Shown here: piece by piece, positions 7,967-17,908 of the stretch
Numbering within the stretch: position 1 is the stretch's first letter
Layout: each line of letters opens with the position of its first letter
Sequence record: MZ475895.1
Direction: 5' to 3' (one strand)
DNA length: 64,000 bases
Notes under the pieces: generated by a model
The model's database searches: none
Seen by the model: the letters and a program-made list of their open reading frames with translations, nothing else
Told to the model about the DNA's origin: nothing
Translations under genes and position numbers: made by a program

Positions 7967-10840
7967 TTAGATTTCGTCAGGTTCCCAACACAGAATAGGA
8001 CGGCGATACACTTGGAATACGCCAGTAGGCGCGTAGCTTGAGCTAAGGTATTCTTTAGCGTTCGTACTGAGGCTACGTTCTGACGTAAGCAACTGTTGCC
8101 TGTTGTGCGTCCACTGACAACGACCACAAGACTCTGCTTCGATACCCGCATCTGAATCCCAACCAGGCACGTCGAATGTTTTGTTCCATCCGTTGAAGTG
8201 GTGAGTAGACACCGCTCCGTTGCCTGTTGCACACAGCACCATGTACTGGTAGTCAGACTCGAAGTAGATAGGTACGTTACGGCCTGTAGGGATAGAAGGA
8301 CCGTTAGCGTTATACGTCAACTGCCAACCAGTACGGTCTGCTGAGCCTGTAGACATGAACAACGGTCTACGGATAATCATCATGATACCGTTCTGCGTTC
8401 CGTTGTCGCTAGTCTTAGTGCAGTACGCATTACAGCGTAGCGCACGGTCAACAGTGAACAACGTACTGTTGGAGAAGTCAGCATTGTACAGGTTAGCAGC
8501 CCACTGAGGTAAGTTAGCAGCTTCTGGTACAATGAAGTGGCGCTCTGCCAGTTCCAGATCACCGTAGCGGTCATAAGCAAACACGATATACTCATAGCCT
8601 GCATCGATCTGAATGTTGTGACCTTGAGAACCCACACCAGTCCACTTCCAAACAATCTGCCAGTCGTTAGTATCACGTCCAGGCGTATCGTTTATCAGGC
8701 CGTACTTGCGTTCGTATATCTGCCATACTCGGGAGCCACCAGTTGCAGCAAAGTACAAGCTGCCTGGATTAGAGCGGTCACCACCACAACGAGTAAGATG
8801 GTCAGGGCCTGCTTCGTTGTAAGCACTGGCTCCGCCTACACCGTCAAACATTTCCCAGTTCATCATCAAGTGAGAGGTGCACAACTCATTTGGTCCGCTA
8901 TCATCCGTTGTCGTAACAAGATATTCGTACTGGTCAGCAAACGGATAGTAGACAGTCTCTGTTCCTGCCATAGCAACACGACGAACCCAATCGTGTGACT
9001 GCACTTTAGGTACAGGGAAGCAAGGGTTAGTCACAGACACGACGAAACTTTTAGTCTCGTACATCGGCAGCTTTTTGAAGCGGTTATCACGAATCGTCAC
9101 CGTGTGCTTCATGCCGTAAGTCTGTGCACCGTCCATACCGCCTAGCACTTTGTAGTAGCTGAGATGCGCACTCTTGGTGCTCTCATACAGACCAGTGATA
9201 CCTAAAGACATTGCGCTGTTGCGGTCAGTACCACAGCAATACTGATTGCCGTAGCTGTCATACGCGAAGCCCACAGAGAAGTAGCTATCAGGGTCAGACG
9301 ACTGAGGTCCGTAGTACATCTCAGTAGGCGCATTGCCCTCACCAACACCAGGCAGGCCAAAGCAGCAATAGCAACCGCGATACTGATACTGTCCGCCTTC
9401 GTACACGCGACGAGAAGCACCGATGCGATACATAGCACCAGCAAGCCCGCCTTGAGTACGGTTAACGTTCGCCGTGTCATAGGAAACGACATAGACAAAG
9501 TGGTCGGCGCCAATCGAGTTCAGGAACGCAGCCATATTAGCAGCATTCGTCGTGCCTGGCGCAGTACCTTCGGCAGAAACGTGAATGTCATACGCTCTGC
9601 GATCTACGAGCACTTGGTCGGACTTGCGAATCTTGTACACGTTGAAGCCGCGAGAATCTCGGTAGTACACGCCATTCACATACGTGTAACCAACATCGCC
9701 TGTGTCAAGCGTGCGCTGATAACCTACGATGTGGCTGAACACGCTACTACGCGCTTGCAGACTCGCACCGTTATCGTTCGACCAGTTGACAGATACATCA
9801 CCCGCAGCCATACGCGCAGCCCAATCATCAGGCTTGTATGGGTAAGTGGTCACGTCAAAGTTAACGCCATACGCACTGCCTATTTCTACGCAGCACGGGT
9901 CACGATAGATGATCTCTGGGTCAAGAATAACATCGTCAGGAATATCGACTTGACCACAGTACATCTGACGCCACACACCAGCTTGACCGCCGATAGAACC
10001 CGGGCCAGCAGCACCTGCTCCAGAGTTAAACTGGTAAGCAGCAGACGCACGATAGTTCTTTTGGTTGCTTAACTGTGGAACGTTCAGCCAGCCTACGTGG
10101 TCACCAAAAGCATTGATGGACTTAGAACGCGCAGCCTGAGTAGCTACAACGTTAGCAGCACCATTGCTTGTGATACCAAGCGGACTAAAGATAGCGTTGA
10201 AGTTAACGTTACCCTCGTACGGTCCTTTCTGGAGTACAATCAGGCTAACGCCGTTACGATGCGCTTCACGCAAGGCATTGAGCATTGCAGTAGGCATCGA
10301 CTGTCCGCTAGAAGATAGCAGCAGCATAACGCAGGACCATTGCTGGAAATACTTATAGGTTCCGTCGTAACCGTAAGCACCAGCATTGATTTCATCCCAC
10401 GTATGAGACAGCATGTCCAGAGGCATACGCTCAAGATAATGAACAAGCTGTCCCCATGACTCCATTGCAGACTCATCATCCACAGAAGCACCATCACTAA
10501 TGACCAGCATCGTCGAGCCAGCAGTGATGTTAGAGTTATAGGCACGCTCGGTCAGGAACTGGCGCAGCGCACCCATGTTGTTAATTGTGGTATTGCGATA
10601 GTTACCCATCCAGCCGTAGCCGTCAGTAACCATTGGACTATCACTGCGAATGAAGCTACCGTTCATATACACAGAACCGTAACCGCAAACATACGCGAGA
10701 GCATGACCATCAACAACAAAGGATGTGTAGCGATTGCTATCAACGCCCATCGCATCAACAGCAGCTACGGAGCCATCACCTACACCGCCAGTAAAGACAG
10801 GAGTAATGCCTCGTGCATACAAGCAACTTTGTTGCAGCAT
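7967..10840 (-). CDS. Large fibre/receptor-binding protein with ILEI (PANDER-like) domain and three C-terminal repeats
   Basis: 957 aa. RGFNVYKI...RRAYD...AAFLNSIG...VVSYD...AMYRIGAS...YRGCYCCFG matches the ILEI pattern. Three ~100-aa repeats end in YERKY/IRRP/YRRP. Confidence 0.65.
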   Translation of the reverse strand: MLQQSCLYARGITPVFTGGVGDGSVAAVDAMGVDSNRYTSFVVDGHALAYVCGYGSVYMNGSFIRSDSPMVTDGYGWMGNYRNTTINNMGALRQFLTERAYNSNITAGSTMLVISDGASVDDESAMESWGQLVHYLERMPLDMLSHTWDEINAGAYGYDGTYKYFQQWSCVMLLLSSSGQSMPTAMLNALREAHRNGVSLIVLQKGPYEGNVNFNAIFSPLGITSNGAANVVATQAARSKSINAFGDHVGWLNVPQLSNQKNYRASAAYQFNSGAGAAGPGSIGGQAGVWRQMYCGQVDIPDDVILDPEIIYRDPCCVEIGSAYGVNFDVTTYPYKPDDWAARMAAGDVSVNWSNDNGASLQARSSVFSHIVGYQRTLDTGDVGYTYVNGVYYRDSRGFNVYKIRKSDQVLVDRRAYDIHVSAEGTAPGTTNAANMAAFLNSIGADHFVYVVSYDTANVNRTQGGLAGAMYRIGASRRVYEGGQYQYRGCYCCFGLPGVGEGNAPTEMYYGPQSSDPDSYFSVGFAYDSYGNQYCCGTDRNSAMSLGITGLYESTKSAHLSYYKVLGGMDGAQTYGMKHTVTIRDNRFKKLPMYETKSFVVSVTNPCFPVPKVQSHDWVRRVAMAGTETVYYPFADQYEYLVTTTDDSGPNELCTSHLMMNWEMFDGVGGASAYNEAGPDHLTRCGGDRSNPGSLYFAATGGSRVWQIYERKYGLINDTPGRDTNDWQIVWKWTGVGSQGHNIQIDAGYEYIVFAYDRYGDLELAERHFIVPEAANLPQWAANLYNADFSNSTLFTVDRALRCNAYCTKTSDNGTQNGIMMIIRRPLFMSTGSADRTGWQLTYNANGPSIPTGRNVPIYFESDYQYMVLCATGNGAVSTHHFNGWNKTFDVPGWDSDAGIEAESCGRCQWTHNRQQLLTSERSLSTNAKEYLSSSYAPTGVFQVYRRPILCWEPDEI

Positions 10841-10862
10841 ATTATGTCCTTAGATCGGCAAG

Positions 10863-10878
10863 AGGGGCCGAAGCCCCT
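10863..10878 (-). other. Intergenic C(UUCG)G hairpin without U-tract (stability/processing element)
   Basis: AGGGGC-TTCG-GCCCCT on the minus strand, between 10884..12905 and 7967..10840. Confidence 0.55.
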
Positions 10879-10883
10879 TCCTG

Positions 10884-12905
10884 TTAGCCAAATACAATCT
10901 CAGTGATTGCAAGATACGTCACATCGTTTGAGTCACCACGGTCACCAGAACCGTAGGCCATCAACCAAATCTCTTCACCTGCAGGGATGTTAGTGTCGAA
11001 TGTGATACGTTGCAGAACGTTAGCGCTTGAGTAAACACGCTGCGCTGCACCAGCACCCGCATAACGTTCGTAGATGGACATGTCGTGCCAGCTACCGTTA
11101 TTGCCATCAAACACCCAATCAAATGTGATTCGCTTGATAGGTCGAGTGAAGAAGTTATTCCACTTGAACCAACCATTCGAGCCACCCCAGAAGTTCATAT
11201 AGCTGCCGTCCCAAACCTTCAGGTTCTCAATGCCGCCACTGACTGTACGACCGCCAGTCTGTGTGAATGCATAGCAGTACCATGGGAATGGATCTGAATC
11301 AGGTGGCTGTGAGTTACCACCAGCAACTGTGATGCAGCGATACGGAACTGTGAAGTCTCTGACGTTAATGTGCGGAGGCTGAATCGGACAGTACACATAG
11401 TAAGACCAGTCACACCCAATAGGGCCTGTAACGCGCACTGTGATTTCAGAACGCAGGACATGCTCAGGGTATTTCCAGAACTCAAGTGTACCGACAGCGC
11501 CTGCTACGACAATCGACGTATCAAGCAGATTCATATCACGGTCAAACACCTCGAACTTGGTATCGAATGAGTTAGCAACGCATACGACCAGCTCTGCTCG
11601 GATATCTGTCTGTGTGCCTAACGCAAAATTATCTTCTGTGGTTGGATGACCGGCAGAGTAAACGCTGTAGCTTTGGCACGGATGCATGAACTCACGCGCA
11701 CCACGCTCCGAAGGACAATAAAGGCTGTAGAAGAAGCTGTCGAGTGACTCAGCATTTCCAAAGTCTTTAGATACCACGCGCACCATAATGTCACACGCGA
11801 TGTTCTTAGGGTCAAAGTAGAAATACAGATAACCCTCAAGTGTCTTCGCATCAAGCGTTGTTGCAATACGTCTACCGTTTTGATACACCTCAATGAAGTC
11901 GAGCGTTTCCCAAGAGGTGTAATCAAGGTACATCCAGCCTGCTGTCCAGCCAACAAAGTGATAATACTCGAACGCGTTAGCATTCTGAATACGCTCTGCA
12001 ATAGGCCACACTGAGGCATGACACGGAGCTGGGAAGACTGGCGTGCCGATATAGTCAGGATTGATAACGTCAGGATAGTTGATAACGTCATACGCAGCTT
12101 GACTATCAAGCGCTAACCCACCACGGTCAGAAGGCGCAGAAAGCAGAGGAGGATAAACCATCATGCTCCAGCCGTAACCTTGAGTTGTGCGCACACGTAT
12201 CATGATACGCATATCGGCAGCGTCAGGGTCAAACTGGAACTTGATGCGAGAACGTCCTGTTACTTTGCCGCAAGATGAAGCTACGCGCACGCCCATGTGA
12301 TAGACGTCAATGCTCGCACCAGCTGGCGCATACGAAGCAAAGTTAACCTCGACGTAACCTTCAGTTGCAGGCAGCGCATAGATCGTTTCAGTGATAACAG
12401 CACCACGACCGTGAGTAGATGCGTAAGGCACGTTGGGGTTAGCATACGTGCCCAGACCTGCTCTCGATGCTACGCCGACAGGGTCATAAGACTCAAGCGT
12501 CTTGATGCCTGGGCGATTGATACTGCGACCAGTTGGAGGTGCTGACGAGTTGACGACACCGAAGCCTGTACGACCCGCATCAGGCAAGTCGAAGCCTATT
12601 GGATAGCCCCCAAGAATCGTGTAGCTCTCACGACCACCACTGCCTATACCGTTACCGGAGCCTTTGGTTGTTGACGTAGGGCCGCCGCCACATGCACCTG
12701 TTTCAAGATTCGAACAGGGATCATCATACGTAGGGTCAAACGTGTCATCGATTAAATGCCAGCGCTTGCCCCACTGATTACGCACGCTGAACTTCTCAGG
12801 TGTTAGAGGAGTCCAGTCACCTTCCTTGGTGCGAACGTACATGGGCGTATCGACACAATCAAGCCAACCGTTATTCGCAGCATTACGAACGCGAAAACGT
12901 GACAT
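10884..12905 (-). CDS. Structural protein with three tandem beta-sandwich repeats
   Basis: 673 aa. Three repeats of the form E..(Y/F)...G...I(D/E)V(Y/F)..G..(V/I)A....F.FDP....I.VRV...W...YCP. Confidence 0.7.
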   Translation of the reverse strand: MSRFRVRNAANNGWLDCVDTPMYVRTKEGDWTPLTPEKFSVRNQWGKRWHLIDDTFDPTYDDPCSNLETGACGGGPTSTTKGSGNGIGSGGRESYTILGGYPIGFDLPDAGRTGFGVVNSSAPPTGRSINRPGIKTLESYDPVGVASRAGLGTYANPNVPYASTHGRGAVITETIYALPATEGYVEVNFASYAPAGASIDVYHMGVRVASSCGKVTGRSRIKFQFDPDAADMRIMIRVRTTQGYGWSMMVYPPLLSAPSDRGGLALDSQAAYDVINYPDVINPDYIGTPVFPAPCHASVWPIAERIQNANAFEYYHFVGWTAGWMYLDYTSWETLDFIEVYQNGRRIATTLDAKTLEGYLYFYFDPKNIACDIMVRVVSKDFGNAESLDSFFYSLYCPSERGAREFMHPCQSYSVYSAGHPTTEDNFALGTQTDIRAELVVCVANSFDTKFEVFDRDMNLLDTSIVVAGAVGTLEFWKYPEHVLRSEITVRVTGPIGCDWSYYVYCPIQPPHINVRDFTVPYRCITVAGGNSQPPDSDPFPWYCYAFTQTGGRTVSGGIENLKVWDGSYMNFWGGSNGWFKWNNFFTRPIKRITFDWVFDGNNGSWHDMSIYERYAGAGAAQRVYSSANVLQRITFDTNIPAGEEIWLMAYGSGDRGDSNDVTYLAITEIVFG

Positions 12906-12916
12906 GTACTATCTCC

Positions 12917-13408
12917 TTACGGTCTGACCCAGATAGCGCCTGCTGGAACTTCTTGATCTTGAGCGGGGTCCGTATCTTGTACGAAGACAGCTACCACACC
13001 TGGGTTTCCAGGAGCACCAGTCGGGCCTGTAGCGCCAGTAGGACCTGCTGGACCACGAATACCCACATAGCCTTGCTTGCCTGGCAGACCATCGATACCA
13101 CGAGGACCAACACAGCCGTCAGTACCGCGTTTACCGTCAGAACCCATCAGGCCGTCGATACCATCACGACCAGAAGCACCAACGCCACCTTCAGGACCGT
13201 AGCCGATGCTGTAGATGGTAGGTAGGCCAGAGATAGCGAGCTTTCCGATACTCGGAATATTGATAGACAGCACACCTGTAAGTTGATCGAAGGCGCCTTG
13301 TAGCGTTGTTTCGTCTTCGGCAACATCAACAGACACACCGCCTTGAGTTGCTACTACCTTACCAGACGCATTCGTCTTGAGTAGCGATATATCAACCTTT
13401 TCTACCAC
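12917..13408 (-). CDS. Collagen-like fibre protein
   Basis: 163 aa. About 23 Gly-X-Y triplets and a C-terminal AGAIWVRP motif. Confidence 0.75.
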   Translation of the reverse strand: MVEKVDISLLKTNASGKVVATQGGVSVDVAEDETTLQGAFDQLTGVLSINIPSIGKLAISGLPTIYSIGYGPEGGVGASGRDGIDGLMGSDGKRGTDGCVGPRGIDGLPGKQGYVGIRGPAGPTGATGPTGAPGNPGVVAVFVQDTDPAQDQEVPAGAIWVRP

Positions 13409-13417
13409 GAGAACTCC

Positions 13418-14050
13418 TTATGGCCATGTGGTGCCTTGATCTTTAGTAGGGTCCACCCACAGCGTCCCGGCAGCTACTGCTCCAGGCTGAGTGGCGCTAA
13501 CGATAATTGCAAGACGACCGGAAGGACCTGCAGGACCAGTTGGGCCAGTAGGACCAGTACCACCAGTAGAGCCAGTAGGACCAGTACCACCGCGAGGACC
13601 AGTAGGTCCAGTCGGCCCCATAGGTCCTTCACGACCTTCTCTGCCCGTAGGGCCAACATTACCGTCACGGCCATCACGACCATCCGGGCCTGGTATGCCT
13701 TGCTCGCCATCTGGACCAACAGGGCCTGTACAGCCTGGACCGCCCGTTGCACCATCACGACCATCACGACCATCTTTTCCGTCTGCACCTGTTTCACCTT
13801 TCTGACCTGTACGACCCGCTGGAATATCAGACGCAGTTGGGAAACCTGAGACTTTGAGACTACTGCCGTTAGCAAAGCGCAGAGTTAACACGCCCGCAGT
13901 AGCGTCATACGAGGAATCTGACGTGACCTCTGATGGAGCTTCGGACTCAGCGCTGTTAACGACAAGTGTGCCGCCAGATGCTCGGACAGGTGTTGCAACA
14001 GAACTTATGCCCGCAGCGATTAAACTTGTTTTTACCTTTATCAAACTCAT
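13418..14050 (-). CDS. Collagen-like fibre protein
   Basis: 210 aa. 34 Gly-X-Y triplets and a C-terminal AGTLWVDP motif. Confidence 0.75.
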   Translation of the reverse strand: MSLIKVKTSLIAAGISSVATPVRASGGTLVVNSAESEAPSEVTSDSSYDATAGVLTLRFANGSSLKVSGFPTASDIPAGRTGQKGETGADGKDGRDGRDGATGGPGCTGPVGPDGEQGIPGPDGRDGRDGNVGPTGREGREGPMGPTGPTGPRGGTGPTGSTGGTGPTGPTGPAGPSGRLAIIVSATQPGAVAAGTLWVDPTKDQGTTWP

Positions 14051-15486
14051 TACGTCTTCTCCGCCTGAGCAGTCATATCCGTGTTATGAGCCAGAACATC
14101 ACCAACGAAATAGCAGTCGAAAGGTTCAACGTCTATGTCTACGGTATTAACGAGTTGGTCTATACGACGACATTCGTATACAGACACAGGACCTTTACGT
14201 CCTCTGACTTGCATTCCTTGCTTAACTTCACGAGCAGGAACATAGCGCCATTGCTTATCATCGTAGATCAGCACAGGATGTTCGTGCGTAAACTTCTGTC
14301 CGTTAATGACGAAGTAGTGATCTTCCTGACCGTACTTGAGTGCTCGAACAGCAGCATAGACATTCTTACCTTTCAGGCTCGGCGAGGACCATTTACGGAA
14401 CTCTTTAGGCTGATTGGAGAACGCAGCAAGCATATCGCCTACAGACAAACGCTCAACAGGCACAGAGCCTGCGATTGTATGCACGGTAGAGCCGAACACG
14501 ATACAACCAGATGTTTTACTCACAGGGTTACGTGCAACTACAGTCAGAGCAGACTTCACAGTGACTGTAGGACGAGATGGTTGCCCCATGTCTGTTACTA
14601 AACAACTGATGGTGCCTTTGATTGTACGATCAGCACCGAGACCAAGACGCAGATAGAAGTTAACTATGCAAGTGTTAGTCTCTATGGCGTCAAGATTAAC
14701 GCCCTCAGTTGTTGTGATTGTCCACTTGTACTTGTATGGACCCACACCGCCACGCGCATTGACAGGCAGATAAGCAAGCGAGGTAAATACGTCAGACCCT
14801 TGTACTGTGCGCGTGCCTACCATGTACAGACTAGACACAGAAGCAACAAGTGGGCTGATAGTAGGAAGAGGAGGTGCTGGCGATACGTTAGCAGTCGGGT
14901 ACAGCCACACGAACACGTTAGATGCAGTGGGCTGCACATTAGATAGCACAGCAGTTTCGATAGGCGCAGGACCCGTAGGACCCGTTGCGCCCGCGATACA
15001 GCTTGGACCGTCATTACCTCGTGGGCCGAGTATGCCAGTAGGACCTGTTGGACCGATAGGACCTGTTGGACCGTCTTTGCCATCAGGACCCGTGTCACCA
15101 TCAGGGCCAGTAGCACCATCACGGCCAGGCTCACCCGCAGTACCGTTCAGACCTCTAGCACCCGGGAGACCACCACAACCGTCAGCGCCAGTAGAGCCAT
15201 CACGACCGTCACGGCCATCACGACCCGCAGCGCCTGGTGCACCTCTCTTACCTTGCTTACCTGAACCAAACATTGCACTCGTAGGCAGGCCGGGGATATT
15301 AACTAAATCCCCATTCTGTTTGATGAGTACGAGCACGCCGTTCTTACTGTCAAACTTTACGCTTGCGATCTGTGTCGTTGTCAACACATCGGAGGATTCG
15401 AATTGAATACCACCAGCAACAGCAACAACGGATTTACCTTCATCGTTGCCTGTTGTCTCGATTTGCGAAAGTTTTAAGTCTGTCAT
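14050..15486 (-). CDS. Collagen-like fibre protein with C-terminal Hint (intein-like) domain
   Basis: 478 aa. About 29+3 Gly-X-Y triplets, a beta domain, then G|CIVFGSTV...FTHEHPV...[20 protein letters not shown]|T. Confidence 0.75.
   Translation of the reverse strand: MTDLKLSQIETTGNDEGKSVVAVAGGIQFESSDVLTTTQIASVKFDSKNGVLVLIKQNGDLVNIPGLPTSAMFGSGKQGKRGAPGAAGRDGRDGRDGSTGADGCGGLPGARGLNGTAGEPGRDGATGPDGDTGPDGKDGPTGPIGPTGPTGILGPRGNDGPSCIAGATGPTGPAPIETAVLSNVQPTASNVFVWLYPTANVSPAPPLPTISPLVASVSSLYMVGTRTVQGSDVFTSLAYLPVNARGGVGPYKYKWTITTTEGVNLDAIETNTCIVNFYLRLGLGADRTIKGTISCLVTDMGQPSRPTVTVKSALTVVARNPVSKTSGCIVFGSTVHTIAGSVPVERLSVGDMLAAFSNQPKEFRKWSSPSLKGKNVYAAVRALKYGQEDHYFVINGQKFTHEHPVLIYDDKQWRYVPAREVKQGMQVRGRKGPVSVYECRRIDQLVNTVDIDVEPFDCYFVGDVLAHNTDMTAQAEKT
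14083..14505 (-). other. Hint / mini-intein domain (141 aa) within fibre gene
   Basis: Cys1, block B T-x-x-H (THEH), block F D, terminal His-Asn and Thr+1. No endonuclease insert. Confidence 0.75.
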
Positions 15487-17822
15487 TTAGGCTCGACCTT
15501 AATGCACAAGTTACCAATCAGCTTCGAACCGTAGCTCGTGATCTGAGCGTTACTGATACGCACCTTAGCGACAATATCAATAAAGCCTTGAGGTTGGTTC
15601 TCGGCTAACACAACAAGCATCTGAGTGATACTGACATTCGAATACGCGATGATCTCGGTCAGGTTTTCTGTAGAATCAACAACGTTGAAACCACTGCTAC
15701 CCGTACCTTTTAGACCACGACCGTATTCAGCCTCAGCAAGGCCCGGCGTCTTGTACGATAGAACGTACTCGATATGCTCTTTGCCGCTGGTGGCTTTGAA
15801 GCCAGGACCCAATTGACACTGGAAGTCTGCAACACAGGTAAGCATGACACCTTTCTTGAACTCGATACGCTGCGTAATCGTCAGCTCCTCTGAGTCCTCA
15901 ACATCTTGGTGGATGTTGTACATGTTCTTAGGGTCAGCTTCTTCTGCGAGCGCTTGCGTGTTGCTGATGGTGATGTTCGGCCACTCACCACTGATCTTGA
16001 TGCCTTCACCCTGAATGATTTCAGGAACGAACATAGGCACATCAATAGGCGAGAGTCCCTGACGCTTGAACATAAAGCCTGTTGGCGTAGGGATAACATC
16101 GATGATAACGCCATCAACAGAACTGTCTTTCGAGCCTACAGCCATCACGTTTTCGAAGATGGTGATTTCCACCAGCGTGTCTGCTGGGATAGGCGATACA
16201 GTCTGCAACGAGTTACCAACAACGGTGAAGTCAGAAGGATGAATCGTCAGACCACCCATCGTTGCAACAACGTGCGCTTTGTTTAGTGGGCTAGTCGGAA
16301 GAATGTATGTATCAGCATCATAAGGAAGACGATACTGAGAAACACGCATACGAGTAGACCAGTTGGCGCGTTCTTCATAGCGGGCAACATAGAAAGAATA
16401 TTTCTGGCCAGAAGGAATTGCCTGCGTTAGCGTAATCTTATTGCCGTTGTTGATCTTGTAGACTGTGGAGGGCTGCCACGTTGAGCCTACAACACAGAAG
16501 ACCATATCGGCGCTTTCGATTACTTGGCTACCCAGAGAGAACTGAGTTGTCTGACCGTCACCTACACCTTCGTACAGCTCAAACAGAACGACATGGCCTT
16601 GAGATGGTTCGATACGGAACTGTCTCAGGTCAAGCAGCATCTGCTGTTCAGGGTAGGATGAAAGCAGCAACTGATCTTCCTGAACGGAGTATGCAGTACG
16701 CGGCTGGAGAACGCCTGACGTGCCTACAAACAAATCAGTAGAGCTATCAAGAATCTCAGTCAGTTGGTAACGCAGAGCATCAGGAGTAGCTGTGGTCACA
16801 ACAGAACTAAACAGCATCTTGCCTGGGGGTACAAACAGGCTTGCGGTCGTCTGACGTGAGCCACCAACAGGACCCCAATAAGGTTCGTTGTCTGCGCCAC
16901 GCATCAATCCCCAAGTGCTTGGCACATCGTTGTTAGCAGGCCACGGGATGCCAGCGCTCGGCGTAGTTGGGTTAGTGATTCGACGCCACACAGCGATAGA
17001 CGTTTGCGCAGACACGAATGGGATAGCGCTGTCCAAGTTGACAAGCTGCTGGTTGGTGTATTTGAAGTGACGACAAGCGCCTGCACCAGTACCTGCAATA
17101 GTCTGCACGAGGACGGTCTCACCTTCTTTGAGAGAAGTAAGACTTGGAATCTTAAACGTGTTAGCGTTAATGAAACCAGTAGAGGTAATCTGACCGCTGA
17201 ACACACGGTCGTGCTCGCTGAAAGCCCAATAGTAAGAGCCTGCACCGTAGCGCGAAGCCTGACCAGGAGACTTAGAGCCATCGCTGTTGATATGCATGTC
17301 CAGCACAGACACAACGTTGAACACGTTATCGTTCAGGCTAGGCAGATTCTCCAGAGTTGCTACACTCGGGATGGACGTATAATCTGCCATCTCAACAGCA
17401 AGAATCTTCTGGACGTCCTGCGTCAAATGGATGAGCAAGCTAACGCGAGACACAGAGTTTGGAACTGCAATGATAGGCTCTTGCAGAACAACGTGACCGA
17501 AAGGACGGTTGTCTTTGAGCATGATCATCAACTCACCCACACGCTTCAATTGCTCACCAGCAGCGTAGGTCAGTTTTATATCAAAGATAAAGCGTGCGCT
17601 ATTCTCAGAGAGAACCTGTACATAGGACAGAGCACCGGAAGCAAGCTCGTTGCCAAGTAACTGCTCTGGAACCTCAGATGGGTTAGAGCCGATATAGTCA
17701 CCTGCTTTGAACGAAACTGGCTGCACAGCAATGCCGCCTGCGTTAGCGTTCGCAACGGCCTGTTCTCCCTGAGGCGTTAAACGCAGAGCGTCAACGTAGA
17801 TAGATTCATCAGCGGCCATCAA
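15483..17822 (-). CDS. Proximal tail fibre / tail-collar fibre protein
   Basis: 779 aa. N-terminus ([16 protein letters not shown]...FKAGD) resembles tail-collar fibre (DUF3751-like) domains. [10 protein letters not shown] repeats. Directly follows the wedge genes. Confidence 0.65.
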   Translation of the reverse strand: MMAADESIYVDALRLTPQGEQAVANANAGGIAVQPVSFKAGDYIGSNPSEVPEQLLGNELASGALSYVQVLSENSARFIFDIKLTYAAGEQLKRVGELMIMLKDNRPFGHVVLQEPIIAVPNSVSRVSLLIHLTQDVQKILAVEMADYTSIPSVATLENLPSLNDNVFNVVSVLDMHINSDGSKSPGQASRYGAGSYYWAFSEHDRVFSGQITSTGFINANTFKIPSLTSLKEGETVLVQTIAGTGAGACRHFKYTNQQLVNLDSAIPFVSAQTSIAVWRRITNPTTPSAGIPWPANNDVPSTWGLMRGADNEPYWGPVGGSRQTTASLFVPPGKMLFSSVVTTATPDALRYQLTEILDSSTDLFVGTSGVLQPRTAYSVQEDQLLLSSYPEQQMLLDLRQFRIEPSQGHVVLFELYEGVGDGQTTQFSLGSQVIESADMVFCVVGSTWQPSTVYKINNGNKITLTQAIPSGQKYSFYVARYEERANWSTRMRVSQYRLPYDADTYILPTSPLNKAHVVATMGGLTIHPSDFTVVGNSLQTVSPIPADTLVEITIFENVMAVGSKDSSVDGVIIDVIPTPTGFMFKRQGLSPIDVPMFVPEIIQGEGIKISGEWPNITISNTQALAEEADPKNMYNIHQDVEDSEELTITQRIEFKKGVMLTCVADFQCQLGPGFKATSGKEHIEYVLSYKTPGLAEAEYGRGLKGTGSSGFNVVDSTENLTEIIAYSNVSITQMLVVLAENQPQGFIDIVAKVRISNAQITSYGSKLIGNLCIKVEPK

Positions 17823-17849
17823 AAGAACTCCTTGAATATTTACGTTCTT

Positions 17850-17857
17850 AAATTAGC
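17850..17857 (-). promoter_or_regulatory. GCTAATTT candidate late-promoter motif
   Basis: Exact octamer directly after a terminator, 28 nt upstream of the ATG at 17822. Confidence 0.6.
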
Positions 17858-17864
17858 AATAAAC

Positions 17865-17903
17865 AAAAAGGGAGCCAGGAACACGCAGCTCCAAGCTCCC
17901 TTT
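17865..17903 (-). terminator. Rho-independent terminator
   Basis: AAAGGGAGC...GCTCCCTTT stem followed by TTGTTT, after the stop at 17909. Confidence 0.7.
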
Positions 17904-17908
17904 ATTTT

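Noticed and set aside
13491-15406. Pro/Gly-periodic + strand ORFs (13491..13805, 14807..15406)
   Set aside because: Reverse-complement artefacts of Gly-X-Y codons in the collagen genes.
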